Assembly: GCA_033442325.1 (NCBI GenBank)
Contig: JAWQFM010000025.1
Span: 486,638-550,637 of the forward strand
From: Salpingoeca rosetta
Lineage: Eukaryota; Protista; Choanoflagellata
Reading direction: 5' to 3'
Length of the DNA: 64,000 nucleotides
The position numbers and the translations under genes were made by a program. Position 1 is the stretch's first letter, and every line of letters begins with the position of its first letter. Under the pieces are notes generated by a model, which saw only the letters and a program-made list of their open reading frames with translations, was not told the origin of the DNA and searched no databases. Shown in pieces: positions 24,668 through 42,259 of the stretch.

Positions 24668-27017
24668 GCGATACCACCACATGGCAATACGCACATGTCT
24701 CTGATTTGGCCATGCAGTGTGCGCAGCTGTCCGTCCAACGCCTTTCTGCGCTTGTCGCGTCGCTCAAGTAGCTCGGCATGCGCAGCCTCGTACGCCTGCA
24801 GTGAGCAGGGACCACGGCACAGCATGCATGAGGAAATGGACACAAACCACGTGAACGAAGCAAGTACACACACACGACACACACACACACACACGCACAC
24901 GACACGCTCACACACGCGCGCACGACACGCGCGCACACGACAAGACACACAACACACACTCACACAACTCACACACGACACGCACACATACACTCTCAAC
25001 ACAAGAACACACGAATACACAACCAATTCGACAATTAATCCATCCCGAATCGTCACCTGCGCCTCGCGCTTCTGCTCGTCGGTCCACTCTTCCTTGTGCA
25101 GTTGCGTCATGAACGAGGGCTGCGGAATGTCAATCCACACATCGTCCTCCGCCTTGCCCTCCAGTCGCCCATACATCATGTCGTGTACGCCGCGCTCGCG
25201 GGCGTTGTCATTGGCAGCGGCTGCCCTGCGCTCGGCTTCGAGTCTGTCCTCCTCCTCCTTCTTCCGTCGCTCCTCAGCCGTGAGCACCCGCTCAACCGTA
25301 ATCTCATCGTCACGCACCTGTCACGGTGAGTGGCGTTCGCGTGGATGGGATGTACGAGCGTGAGCATTTGGGGAAACAGAGCTGGAAACAGGAAGCATGA
25401 GGGCGATGACACACACACACACACACGCACGCCAGGGCTAACGCAGACGACACGAAACAGCTTTCACCTGCACTACACAACACGCAACACCACACACACA
25501 CACACACACAACACGCAACACCACACACACACACACAACCACAAACACAAATACAATAAAACACACGGCAACAACGACAGCGGCACTTACCGTGAGCAGA
25601 TCCTCTGGGTGCTCGAGCGTGTGTTTCTTTGGGGTGTAGAGGGTGGGCCGCTTGTTGAGCTCTCTGCAAATTTTCTTAATCTCCTCGTTCTTTGCGCCAA
25701 TCTTCTGCGCCTCCTCCCGCTTCAGCTCTAGGAACTGGACACAGCCGCACGGCAATGGTGGTGGTGGTGGTGGTGGTGGTGGTGATGGTGGTGGTGGTGA
25801 GTCACGCACGCTGCGACACAGCAACAAACGCAACTGTTTCACAACACAGACCATCACAACAAGGAGCACACGACACCATTCAAACCAAGCATCCCACCTC
25901 CTCAAACGTGACATTGAAGGCCTTCTTGAGCTGGCGCACGTATCGCTCCAGCAGGACAATCTGCATGCGCTTGCGCGGGGCCGTCTGAAGATTGAGCGGG
26001 TGGTACAGCAGCGGCCGCACATTCTCGGCAGCATCCTCCGTGTCCTCATCACCGCCACCATCGCCGCCATTCTTGCCCTTGTCGCCCTGGCCGCCGCTTC
26101 CATCACCACCACCGCCACTGTCTGCCTTGTTGTCACCATCACCATCACCTTCACCGCCATCACCATCGCCACTGGAGCTCTTGACAGCGGCAGCGCCGTC
26201 GCCTGTCAGCGGTGTGAGCGGCGTCATCGGCGTCATCGGCGTGGCAGGCGCCTCGTCCTGCACGTGGGCCGGTTGGGGCGGGGGCGTAGCAGAGGTGGTG
26301 ATTGGTGTGAGGTAATGTCAAGGAGTGGTGGTGGGAACAGTGGTACGAGGAGTACCAATGCACACGTTCACACGCACACACACACACACCTGCTTGTTGA
26401 GCTTCTCAATTGCGTTTTCGACGGCGATTTCGGTCCTGCGAATGGAAACGATGCGATCAAATGCGTTTTTTTCCGCCTCGCTCAGTTTCCGAAGGGGAAA
26501 GTTCATCACCTGGACAAGAAGAACACAGGACAGAGCGGGGGTGTGAGACAAGTTTGTGCACGTATGTGTGTGTGTGTGTGTGTGTCTGAGTGCACATACG
26601 TGCGCATACGCGTACATATGCGTATGTGCACGCGTTTGAATGCATCTTTGCTCCAACTGTTCCCTCTTAAGACACACACGCACACATCGCACACACATAA
26701 ATCGCACACGCGTACACCGCACACACACACACACGTGTCACGGAAACAATGCAAACTCTGGTTGTCGTACCTCGAGCTTGATGTCAAAGCCGTAGATGCG
26801 TTTACCGGGCACCGCCATTGCGTCCCAGCACTCCCGCTTGATGTTGTTGCGGTGGAACTGCTCCTTCAATATCTGGTGGAGGCAGCGACAGCGGTTGGCA
26901 TGGTGGCGCGCATGGATGATTGTGCACGGATGGATTGGTGGTTGGTTGGATTAAAGGGGTTGGCAGTGCTACGAACTTGCAATGAGCAATGAGCAAAGGG
27001 ACACACATACACACACC

Positions 27018-27063
<46 letters not shown>

Positions 27064-28053
27064 CACACGCGCACACAGACACACAGACACACCCTTCCAC
27101 CTCCTGCACCCCATGCACTCCCATGGCCACTTGCCTCCGTCTGGATGTCTGCGCGTCGGGCGTTGACGGCTTCGTCGAGTGAGGTCTGCAGTCGCGCCTT
27201 CTGCTCCAGATCAAGCACAAACTCGTCCTTGTCCAGCTGTTCTTCCGGCACCGCGGCGCTGTTAGCGGCAACCAGCGCTTCAAGCTGATGGCATGGGGAG
27301 GAGAGGGGGGAAGATATAAATGCACGCAAACAGGGTCACGCGCATGTAGAATACGTTCATGCACACACAACACGTGCGGGCATTCGAGGCAGGCGGGGGC
27401 GAGCATTTGTGAGCTTGCACGTTTGTAACATGAGCCGTGTTTGGCCGTGACAATGTGCGTTTGCAGACATTAAACTCCATGAAGCGGCCACCAGCTCCAC
27501 ATTCACCATCGTCACAACATAGCCACCACCACCACCACCACCTCCTCCTCCTCCTCCTCCTCGTCCTCCACCACCACCTTCGTCATTACCAAGCCACCAA
27601 GCCAGCATCACGAAGCCGTGTCACCTTTTCGCGGAGGGCGGTAATCTCGGCCTGCATGTCGCCATCACCACTCGTCGCCTGAGGTGCACACGAGCATCAA
27701 CGCAGCACACGTGAGGCAACGTGACGTAATATCGTTTGGTGTTGTGGGTTGTGCGACACACAAACACCAGCACGTCAGCGTGAATGCATGCCACATCATC
27801 CCCGTTCCTCGCACGCATCCTCCTCCTCATTCGCTCACGTCGACCACCACCACCACCACCAACGGCCAGTACCACCACCCTCATGGTTGTCACCTCCTGC
27901 AGTGCGCGGTCATGTGCGGCCTGCACGGCCTCCTCCACCGCAGTCATCCCAGCGCCAGTTCCGATTGAGCCGCGCTGCTGCTGCTCGGCAATCGCAGGCA
28001 GAGGGTCGGCCTGTGGTGCACGTGGTGTGTGTGTGTGTGCGTGGTGTGTGTGG

Positions 28054-28084
<31 letters not shown>

Positions 28085-29401
28085 TGGTGTGTGCATTGTG
28101 TGTGTGTGTGTGTGCGTTGTGATGTATTGTGTGTGTGTGTGTGTCATTTCTTGTGAGGACATGTGTGATGCGGTAATACGTACACGTAACAACTCGCATC
28201 CTCTGCATGCACCACCATCACAACCCACCCACCCGGCTCTCAAGCGTGGAAATCAGCGTGACACGCACCTGCGCCTGCATGAGTCGCTTTGTCGCTTCGG
28301 ACGCACTGTCCATCAGCTGCACCGAAATAAATTGCGTTGCCTGTTTCGCAATCCCAAGCATCTTGCCACGCCACTCCGTGTCTGAAGAGAATTCAAGTGC
28401 GGCGAGCGAGCCCGTCGTTGACGCAACCACAAGCTTGGAGGCGTCACGCGTCCACGCCACGTGTGAGACGGGCGTGGTTGTGGTCAGCGCGCGCGTGCGT
28501 GTGACGCTCACGGTGAGTGGTGATCCAATCCTGCCTGGCGGCGTGAGGGGGATGGTCACAATCTGGCCCGTGGACGAACACGCCGTGGCAAAGTGGCCTG
28601 AACACGTCATGGTGGTGTTGGTGGTAATGGACATGAAATCGCGCAAATGAAGGATGTGTGTGTGCGTGTTTGTTTGTTGAGTGCATGTGTGTGTGCGTGT
28701 TCGTGCATGTGTGTGCATGCACATACGACTGTCATCCAATGACACACACGCACACACACACACATAAGCAGTGCCCCTGCCCTCGCATCGATGCATATCA
28801 ACGCGACAATGATGACACGGACGATGATGGTGATGGTGGTGATGGTGGTGATGGTGTGACGATGGTGACGATGGTGATGGTTTGGCACAGCACCTGCGAC
28901 GGAGAGCGCAGCGCTGGACGACCGCCCGAAGATGCCCCTGAAGGACTCCAACACCTGCCGTCGAATAAAAAGATGTGGGGGAGGAGGGTCAGTTGGTTGG
29001 CCGGTTGCTGTCACATTGATTCTGGAGACACACAGATGTAGATACAGGCACACACATGCACAAACACGAACACACAAGCGCACACACAAGCACACACACA
29101 AGCGCACATACGCACATACACACGCACACACAAGCACACACACACACCTCCAGCTCTGGTGCGTTGTCGACGCGCTCTGCAAATGGGGGCGTGTCGCCGT
29201 GCGATGGGCGGAGGGATGGACTCGCACACGCGTAGAAGGAACCGGACCGAATGTCCCAGCACAACAAAACGCGTTCTGCAAGGAGGACCTTGTCCACATT
29301 TTGGGGCAGGCGCGTCACGTTAATGGGCGCCTTGTTGAAGTCAATCTTCAGCAGCGTGTCGGAGAAGAAGTTGTCCGCAAGCACGCTCTGATCTGTTGGT
29401 G

Positions 29402-29446
<45 letters not shown>

Positions 29447-32327
29447 CATGTGTGTAAGTGTGTGGCCATGTGATTGTATGGTTGCTGAGCCTTCATAGAT
29501 TGAGGCATGCAAATAAACCAATCTGCTGTCACCTCCAAAAGACACAAAACCACGTGTATCACGGCTGACCTTCGGGAACGGCGAATGTGAGGGCGCGCGT
29601 GTACGCGTCTGGATGCTGCAGGAGAACAACAATGACTGTCCTGCCTTGGTGGAACGAAACGCGCACGTTTAGAATGTCGTGCTCCACCTCACCCGCGCAC
29701 CGCACTTCCAAGCTGGGCATCTGGTGTGTGTGTGTGTGCGTGTGTGTGTGCGCGCGCGCGTGTGCGTGTGTGTAATCAAGTGTCGCGTGAGAGAGGTACC
29801 AAGTGTCACACCAAGCGTCAAGTGGCAGGGAATGTGCTGTGCATTGCTGTTGTGGTGCAGTGCAAAAACGTACACAAGACACTTCCCGAAGACACATGCA
29901 AGTGCACGCATGCGTACACCATAACAGACGAAACCGCAATGTCACCCCCCAACAACTTACCGCCAGCACAACAAAGTGGCGCTTTGAGGCGGACACGACC
30001 GTGGTTCCCGTCTCATCAACAGCAACAGCGTTCACGCGCTGTCCGTGCACCAACCGCTTGCACACGCGCTCGCACCCGCCGCTGGGGAGCAGGCGAAATG
30101 CCTGCAGGCAACCTTTGGAGGAGCCTGTGATGAGCGCAGGGGAGCAGGACGCACACGCGACGGCGGTGGTGGCGGCATCCACGCTGGCGATGCTGGCGCT
30201 GCCAACGAATGCACCGCCCGTGGTGTGCTGATGGACGAGCTCGCTGGCAGTGACAGTGACGACTCGCTCCTCGTGTTGTTGTTGGTCGTCGTCGGCGTGT
30301 GATGATGATGATGATGAAGACGATGATGATGATGGGACGACGGAGGTGAACACGGCGGTGCTTGGTGAGGCGGCGCCCTGCGAGAAGGAGACGCAGTTGA
30401 AAATGGTGTTGGAACGGTGAGATGGGGGGGGGGCGGAGGAGCAGATAACTAATACGCATGAGAACACACTCGCAAACACGCATGCACTCGCACGCACACG
30501 CACACACTCGCACACACGCGCACACACTCGCACACACGCGCACACACTCGCACACACGCGCGGCACTGGTTCGCACCTGCACGATTGTGTTGACTGTTGG
30601 CTCCGTAGCCGTCACATTGCTTGTCGCACCACCCTCACCACTATCATCATCATCATCACCATTGCTGGTTGTGATGAGCTGGTGGTTGGCGACAACCGAG
30701 ACGTGTTCCGGTCCAGCAATCGCCAGCACCCGGCCAACCCTGACAGTAGCGGCGGTGGTGATGATGGTGGTGGTGATGATGGTGGTGGAGGTGGTTGATC
30801 GTGGTGACGATGATGGTGGTGAGATGGTGAGATGGTGAGATGGTGAGATGGTGATGGCGAATCAGCAGACAAGGTTGACACGAATTTCGTTCAAACCATG
30901 CGCCACGCTCCTCACAAACACGTGCTTCAGTGCAGGGCTGCAGACCGCTACTCACGAGGCAATGGTGGCTGTTGTGAGGTTGGTTGTGAGTGTATGCATG
31001 AGCGTGGGTGCCGCCTCTGTCCACAGGAACCACCGCAGCACTCCGTCCCGTCCTGGGATTGATGTGATGTGTGTGTGCGTGTGGGATTGTGAGTGCGATT
31101 GTTAGTCAGTGTGTATGTTTGTGACTAAATGTGTGAGAGGGAGAGGGGGGGGGTTGAGAGGGCACAACAGATTCGCACACACACACACACACGTGTATGT
31201 ACACACACGTGTATGTACACACACACGCACACACACACACACACACAAACATACGCGTGTGCACGTGCACATGAGAGAGGAGGGCGTGGCGCACCTGCTG
31301 CGATAAGCGTGGACGAATCACCGTGCCAGTGCAGAGCATCAAATGCGCCCGCCCCAAACTTGGACGACGTCACAACCACGTGCGTTGCCCCAGTGTCAAA
31401 GTCAGCCTCAATCAACTGTGCACCACACATCATTGTGTGCGTGCGTGTGTGTGTGTGCATGTGTGTGTGTGCGTTTGTTAGAGTTGGATACAACTGGCAG
31501 GATGCACAGTCCGATTCAGGGACACACACGCGAGCAACAGCTGAACCCAGGCAAGACCACATCTTCCGCCCCCCGACCCCCCTTTTCACGTTCACACACT
31601 TCAGCACGTCCACTGTCACCCAAGACCAAAATACATCATCACCACCGCCACCACGTGGGACCACCCACCTCGCCGTCCGCGCAGCCGCACACGACACTCG
31701 TCTCGTCGGAGAAGAAGGCGTCTGTGATGGTGAGTGTTGTCTCCTCCTCAAACACCATCTGCAGGTTCAAGCTCTCCTCCAGAGAGGTGCGGCGAAGGAA
31801 GCGCGAGCCCTGTCGCTCCTTCGTCGTCAGTGACAGGTTTACGGCGCTGGTGGTGGGGGTGCACGGTGGCGTGTGTGGGCGGTGTGGTGTGTAAGGTCGA
31901 GCAGGTGGTGGTGTATTTCAATGAGTTGGAACAGCTGACTTGTACGCACGTACGCACGCACACGCACATACGCACGCACGCACACACATGTGCACACATA
32001 TGCACACACACGCGCGCACACACATCAGCGTGTGTTCGACAAGCGTACCGCGGTGTGACGACAGATGCGTCGCGAACAATTTCCACCTCCCACACGCACG
32101 CGTGCTCCTTGCTGTACACGAGACATTGCGTCCACAGCTGGGGGTTCACGCGAAGATGAAAGTGCCCGGGATCATCAACCTCCGCCCGCGCAACAACTGC
32201 ACGCACATGTGTGTGTATGCAAAAGTGAGCATATTTGTGTTGTTCGTGGGACTTGGGGGACAGCTATGGTCGCTAACACCAAGCCCTGTAATCACGAAAA
32301 CACCACATACACACCGAACGCACACAA

Positions 32328-32372
<45 letters not shown>

Positions 32373-33139
32373 GCGGGCAAAGCAAACGCACTTGACTGGT
32401 CGGCCCAGTTCCAGAGGACGAGGGAGCGGTGTGGAGGAGCGTCCATGGCGTACAGGAGGCTCCCGGACGCATCGAATGCAAGCGCACACGGCAGCGCATC
32501 TTCACCCTCTGGTATGGCATGGCATGGCATGGTATGACAGGCAGTGGGGGTGCGTGAATGAGGAAACCAGTTCTCGCAATGTGCCACCTCGCTACAGCGT
32601 ACAGCAATTGCAGCGCGGTGCAACAAGACGGCTTGAACCACGTGTGTTACCTCGCTCGAGGACGGCAAGCACTTCGTTTGTGGTGGCCGAGCGCACGGTG
32701 ATGACTGGATCCGGTTGCTCCAGCACGTACGCGTAGACGCGGCGCTGGGTGCTGGCGGCAAGCGCAAACACGGGCGCATCTGGATCCACGATTTGCGGCT
32801 GCAAAAGACATGGAACAGAACGGCATGGCAAAGATCAGACGACGGAGAGAGAGAAAAAGAAGTGGGAGCAGCAAAGGACCACACAGAGAACCGTGTTGCA
32901 TCACCACGACCACCAATGCCAACATCAACGCCAACGCCAACATCAGCGCTGACGCCAACGCTCGGCATCGACGTTGTTAGCACCAGCAGCAGGCAAGCAC
33001 ACATGCACAGAAAACGCACAGTGACTGTGTTGCTTTGCGTGTCCAGAGTGCACAGCAGCGAGTTGCATGTGTACACTGCAGTGGTGTCTGTCGTCGCGTG
33101 GACGCCACTGTCACAGCCAACCGCCCACACACCCTCCAT
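22216..33139 (-). CDS. CFAP43: Cilia- and flagella-associated protein 43 (WDR96): N-terminal WD40 region plus long coiled coil; expected C-terminal part not found
   Basis: First exon [34 protein letters not shown] resembles the CFAP43 N-terminus. Later exons give [56 protein letters not shown]...[31 protein letters not shown] and [14 protein letters not shown]...[11 protein letters not shown]. The last recognisable exon is 22260-22216. Confidence 0.88.
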
Positions 33140-33445
33140 CTCTGGCTGGTTGCTGTCGCGGGCTGATGGTGGTCTGTGAACTGATGTGACAAGCTGTGCT
33201 CTTGTGGTCTGTTTGCGTTGTTGTGTTGGTGTTGTTTCTGCCTGCACGTCGTTCGTTGTCTTCTTCGTCGTTGCCAACCAGTCGATTGTAGAGGATTGGC
33301 GAATATCTTTCAGAAACTGTTTGTAATTGTGCATGGAATCAAATTCGGAACTTCTATTTTCCGGGGAAAGGTCGATTATGGATGCGTGAACCAACGGAGA
33401 GGTGGAAGCAAAAGGGCGGGCGAAACGATGTAGCAAGCAACAAGG

Positions 33446-33494
<49 letters not shown>

Positions 33495-33579
33495 TGTGGG
33501 TGTGTGTGTGGGTGTGGGTGTGGGTGTGTGGATGTGTGGATGGGTGTGTGTGTGTGGGTGTGGGTGTGTGAGGTTGTGT

Positions 33580-34166
33580 TCACTTGCAGATGGATGCCCA
33601 GTCAATCTCGCCACGTTTCATCTTCTTCAGGTAGCTGTTGGCTTGGGAGAAGTGGCGGCACCCTGTTGTTGTGTGTGTATGCATTGCAGTGTGAGTTGAT
33701 GTGATGATGACACAAATGATACATGCACTGAATTGCAAGAGCGCAACACATGCAAAACCTAAAGACGCCAAACTGACCCCGGAACCGCGTGACAGAGAGC
33801 GGGGATGGGTGTGCACCCTCAAGCACCAGATGCTTTTGCTGTGAGGTGGAATTAAGGCAAGGGAAGCGAAGCGGGTGATGCGTGCGGTTTTGGAGTGGAA
33901 AAGAGAGGACATGTGGACAAGTGTGTGAGTCGGGCGTCAATGGTGTTCGCGCGCAGACACACACGAGATGCACATGCATGCAAGACAAATGCACACACCC
34001 GTGTAAGCAATACACACCCATGCACATACAGCAAGCGCACCTTGTTGATTTTCTTGCCCTTCTTCTTTGCGTAGTTGCCCCAGAGGATGAACACAACATT
34101 GGACATGTTCTTGTTGATCCAGTCCACAACTGCATCCGTAAACGTCTCCCAGCCCTGTTGTTGTCG

Positions 34167-34242
<76 letters not shown>

Positions 34243-35195
34243 NNNNNNNNNNNNNNNNNNNNNNNNNNNNNNNNNNNNNNNNNNNNNNNNNNNNNNNNNN
34301 NNNNNNNNNNNNNNNNNNNNNNNNNNNNNNNNNNNNNNNNNNNNNNNNNNNNNNNNNNNNNNNNNNNNNNNNNNNNNNNNNNNNNNNNNNNNNNNNNNNN
34401 NNNNNNNNNNNNNNNNNNNNNNNNNNNNNNNNNNNNNNNNNNNNNNNNNNNNNNNNNNNNNNNNNNNNNNNNNNNNNNNNNNNNNNNNNNNNNNNNNNNN
34501 NNNNNNNNNNNNNNNNNNNNNNNNNNNNNNNNNNNNNNNNNNNNNNNNNNNNNNNNNNNNNNNNNNNNNNNNNNNNNNNNNNNNNNNNNNNNNNNNNNNN
34601 NNNNNNNNNNNNNNNNNNNNNNNNNNNNNNNNNNNNNNNNNNNNNNNNNNNNNNNNNNNNNNNNNNNNNNNNNNNNNNNNNNNNNNNNNNNNNNNNNNNN
34701 NNNNNNNNNNNNNNNNNNNNNNNNNNNNNNNNNNNNNNNNNNNNNNNNNNNNNNNNNNNNNNNNNNNNNNNNNNNNNNNNNNNNNNNNNNNNNNNNNNNN
34801 NNNNNNNNNNNNNNNNNNNNNNNNNNNNNNNNNNNNNNNNNNNNNNNNNNNNNNNNNNNNNNNNNNNNNNNNNNNNNNNNNNNNNNNNNNNNNNNNNNNN
34901 NNNNNNNNNNNNNNNNNNNNNNNNNNNNNNNNNNNNNNNNNNNNNNNNNNNNNNNNNNNNNNNNNNNNNNNNNNNNNNNNNNNNNNNNNNNNNNNNNNNN
35001 NNNNNNNNNNNNNNNNNNNNNNNNNNNNNNNNNNNNNNNNNNNNNNNNNNNNNNNNNNNNNNNNNNNNNNNNNNNNNNNNNNNNNNNNNNNNNNNNNNNN
35101 NNNNNNNNNNNNNNNNNNNNNNNNNNNNNNNNNNNNNNNNNNNNNNNNNNNNNNNNNNNNNNNNNNGCAGAAAGACAATACCTCGCTCACTCCTT

Positions 35196-35246
<51 letters not shown>

Positions 35247-35475
35247 CATCTCCACCTTGCTCGGCCCAGGACATGAGGTGGCCGTGGTCCGGCTTCTTGA
35301 AACCGTCAATGTCTTCCTCCAGCTCCTTGTAAATGTTTTTCAAACTTGGCGGTGCTGTGACATGCGAGGGACATGTCGGGGCATGTGGTTGGTCAGCGGG
35401 AAGAGGCAACCATGAGAAACGAGGACGCAAGAATTGCACACACACACACATCTGCAAACGCATACACACGCACAT

Positions 35476-35507
<32 letters not shown>

Positions 35508-36066
35508 TCTACACACACGCTCACTCACACGAGCAAAGCAGTCGCACCTGAGACGCCTGGCTTGACGCTGAAGCAGAGGCCGTGGGCCTGACCAGGCCCG
35601 TGATAGGGATCCTGCCCCAGGATGACCACCTTGACGTCTCGGATGTGGCACGCACGCGACCACGAGTACACCTCGTCTGCCGGCGGGAAGATGGTCTTGC
35701 CGCCCTCCGCCTCCTTGGCCAAAAACGACATCAGCTGTGTTGGGGGGGGGTGTATTTGTTAAGAGTGTGAAGGACATATAAGTGACAGTGCATGCCTCAC
35801 ACACTCACTCACACACCCACACATACCCACGCATCCACACTCCTCTTCCCCCTACAACACACACACACATCAGCAAGGCTGACCTTTTCAAAGTACGACT
35901 GCTTGAATTCGCGACGCAGGGCGTGGCGCCAGGACTCGCCCATGGTGCCCGTGACCGGGACACCCTTTGTCAACGCGAGCTTTCGTGCTGCCTCAAACTT
36001 CTTTTGCTCAATCTCCTTGCGCTGCTCAGGTGTCAAGCCATCATCTGCCACAGTTGCGCTGGCACC
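33580..36066 (-). CDS. UNG: Family-1 uracil-DNA glycosylase (first exon and one internal exon in gaps)
   Basis: Motifs [70 protein letters not shown] and GCRHFSQAN...IDW are present. The N-terminal [16 protein letters not shown] resembles the UNG2 RPA-binding helix. Confidence 0.96.
34243..35166. other. Assembly gap (should contain the UNG GVLLLN exon)
   Basis: N run lying between the UNG exons that end WAEQ and begin GWETF. Confidence 1.
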
Positions 36067-36120
36067 TGCCAAATGTATGTGTTGGTGCGTGAGTGAGTGT
36101 GTGTGTGAGTGTGTGTGAGT

Positions 36121-36175
<55 letters not shown>

Positions 36176-36547
36176 NNNNNNNNNNNNNNNNNNNNNNNNN
36201 NNNNNNNNNNNNNNNNNNNNNNNNNNNNNNNNNNNNNNNNNNNNNNNNNNNNNNNNNNNNNNNNNNNNNNNNNNNNNNNNNNNNNNNNNNNNNNNNNNNN
36301 NNNNNNNNNNNNNNNNNNNNNNNNNNNNNNNNNNNNNNNNNNNNNNNNNNNNNNNNNNNNNNNNNNNNNNNNNNNNNNNNNNNNNNNNNNNNNNNNNNNN
36401 NNNNNNNNNNNNNNNNNNNNNNNNNNNNNNNNNNNNNNNNNNNNNNNNNNNNNNNNNNNNNNNNNNNNNNNNNNNNNNNNNNNNNNNNNNNNNNNNNNNN
36501 NNNNNNNNNNNNNNNNNNNNNNNNNNNNNNNNNNNNNNNNNNNNNNN
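36176..36547. other. Assembly gap (probably hides UNG start/promoter)
   Basis: N run flanked by TG/CA tracts. Confidence 1.
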
Positions 36548-36584
<37 letters not shown>

Positions 36585-36596
36585 ACACACGACACA

Positions 36597-39720
<3,124 letters not shown>

Positions 39721-40170
39721 GGTATTGTTCGTTGTTCGTGCTCGTTTGGTTGTTTTAGGGGGAAATGATCAAACCTACATGCGCTAGGCTGGGTTGTACA
39801 GTGGGATGCCATGATGAAACGCTGAAAGATGACACCTGTCAAAAATGACACACAAACACTGTCGTTGTTGAAGATTCTCAATGAAAACATCATCATCATC
39901 GCTTCCCCATTCTTTGCTCAATGTCAAACTTGTTTTTTATCTGCTGCCCAACGGGCTCAAAACCAACAACAGAAACACCAACGCAAGCACACCCACACAC
40001 CCACCCACCCACCCCCCCACACACACACACATGTGCCTTTCCAACACGGAATCAAGCGAGAACTTTGCTGCTGTTCGTCAATTATGCACTTGTCGTCAGA
40101 CAACGCCTGCTGTGCACCACTACACTGGTCATCACACTCCGCCCAGTGCCAACTGGGCCACCAAACACAC

Positions 40171-40233
<63 letters not shown>

Positions 40234-40412
40234 CACACACACACACACGACCGCGCCTCAAAACATTCAAATCGACTCCTACTCCTGCTATCTCTCTTTC
40301 TCTCTCGACACACACATACTCCCACCCCCCTCCCCATCCACGCAGACGCACACGCACACGCACACCCACGCACACATTACCCCCCCCCCCACACACACGA
40401 ATAAACCGTACA

Positions 40413-40774
40413 TCAGTTTGTGCCATGTTCGCCGCCCCCGCTGCCGCCCCCACTGCTGCCCCCACGCCCAGCAGTCTGTAGGCTGTTGCTACCATCATCA
40501 TCAGCATCATCGTCATCGTCGTCATTGTCACCACCACCACGATCACGATTGCGATCATGCGGGGTGTTGTCGCTGTCACGTTGATCAGCACCGCCGTCGT
40601 CGCCGCTGCATGTAGTTCTAACGACAGGAATCACATGCTCGCGAAACTCGGGCGATAGGCTGGCGCTCGTGCCGTGACCCCGCCTGACCACGCCGTCAGC
40701 GTTGCCTTCACGGCTGCCACGACGACCACGGCCAGTGGCACCGCGTCCGCCATGGGGGAGGCCACCGCCACCGC

Positions 40775-40808
<34 letters not shown>

Positions 40809-41280
40809 TTGTTGTTGTTGTTGCTGCTGAAGGTCGCCACCCTCGCAACCACCGTCACCGCTGCCGGCGCCTGCTTGCAGAGGGCGTATTGTCGATGCAG
40901 TGTCGGCTGCCATGGGCTGCTTCCCTCGCTGCTCTTGCTGTTGTTGTTGCGGTAGCCCTGCAGTGGTGGAGGAAGCAGCTGCACGGCCAGGCTGTGATGT
41001 CACGCACGACGTGGGAAGCGTGGACAACGACGACGACGACGATGATGATGACACTACCAGTGCTGATGCTGATGTTGATACGGAGGTCGACGGGGGAAGC
41101 AAAGGCGCAGCGTGTGTGGTCGGCGCGTAGGACATCGTTTCCGCTGCGCCTACAGGCCGCCCTGATGTTGGGGTGCTCGTGACCATAGCTGACGGCGGCT
41201 GGCGCTCCGTCAGCGGGGCAGCATCAGCGGCCCAAGCAACCTGTGCACTTGCACGGCGGCGCAAGGAGTGTTGGCGGTAA

Positions 41281-41359
<79 letters not shown>

Positions 41360-42153
41360 GCCCTTGGTTGTGACTGTGCTGATGAAGAAACGGCTGCACA
41401 TCGGGTGGCGGTGCCGAGGCCGTGTGCGGGCGCAGTGGTGACAGCAACATCATCGTGCCTTGTGGTGGCGACACCTGTTGCCCGTGAACCTGCTGCCGGT
41501 GTTGCCGTTGTTGTTGTTGTTGTTGTTGCTGCTGCTGGTGGTGGTGGTGGTGGTGGTGGTGGTGGTGGCGATCTTGGAGCCGCTGTGATGTGGGCGACTG
41601 GGATGACGCCAGGGACGACGACGACGGTGAGAGCGAAGTCGGAGACAGTGCCTGGTGCTGGTGAAGCGCCTGGGTCGCAAGCTGCGTAAACGCTCCGCGC
41701 GGCCGAAACTCACTGGAAGACGCCACCAGCTGCTGCTGCTGCCGCTGCTGCCGTTGCTGTCGTGGCTGTTGCTGCAACTGTTGTTGTTGTTGTTGTTGCT
41801 GCTGCTGTGTTCGTCGCGAGGGGGGTCCCAGCCGTCCGCCTGCACCTTCGGTATGCCCATAGGGGTGCTGCCCTGCCGCAACGGCACTTCCGTTATCAAC
41901 GCCAATGCTTCCGCCACTGCCCTGTACGCGCGTATCAGACTGTATGCCCATGCCTTGCAGCGTGCCAGCTTGCACGGGCGTGAGAAACCCTTCGCTGCCA
42001 AAGCCTGCAGGCACAACAGCCAGCACCTGCTGTCCGTTGGGCAGGAGCAGAGGGACCAGGTGGTGCGGCTTGTCAAGGACCTCCACGCCGCCGTACACAT
42101 ATGACGGCACCTCTTCTTGCTGTTGAAACTGCGGCAGTTGCTGTTGTTGCTGC

Positions 42154-42199
<46 letters not shown>

Positions 42200-42201
42200 G
42201 C

Positions 42202-42259
<58 letters not shown>

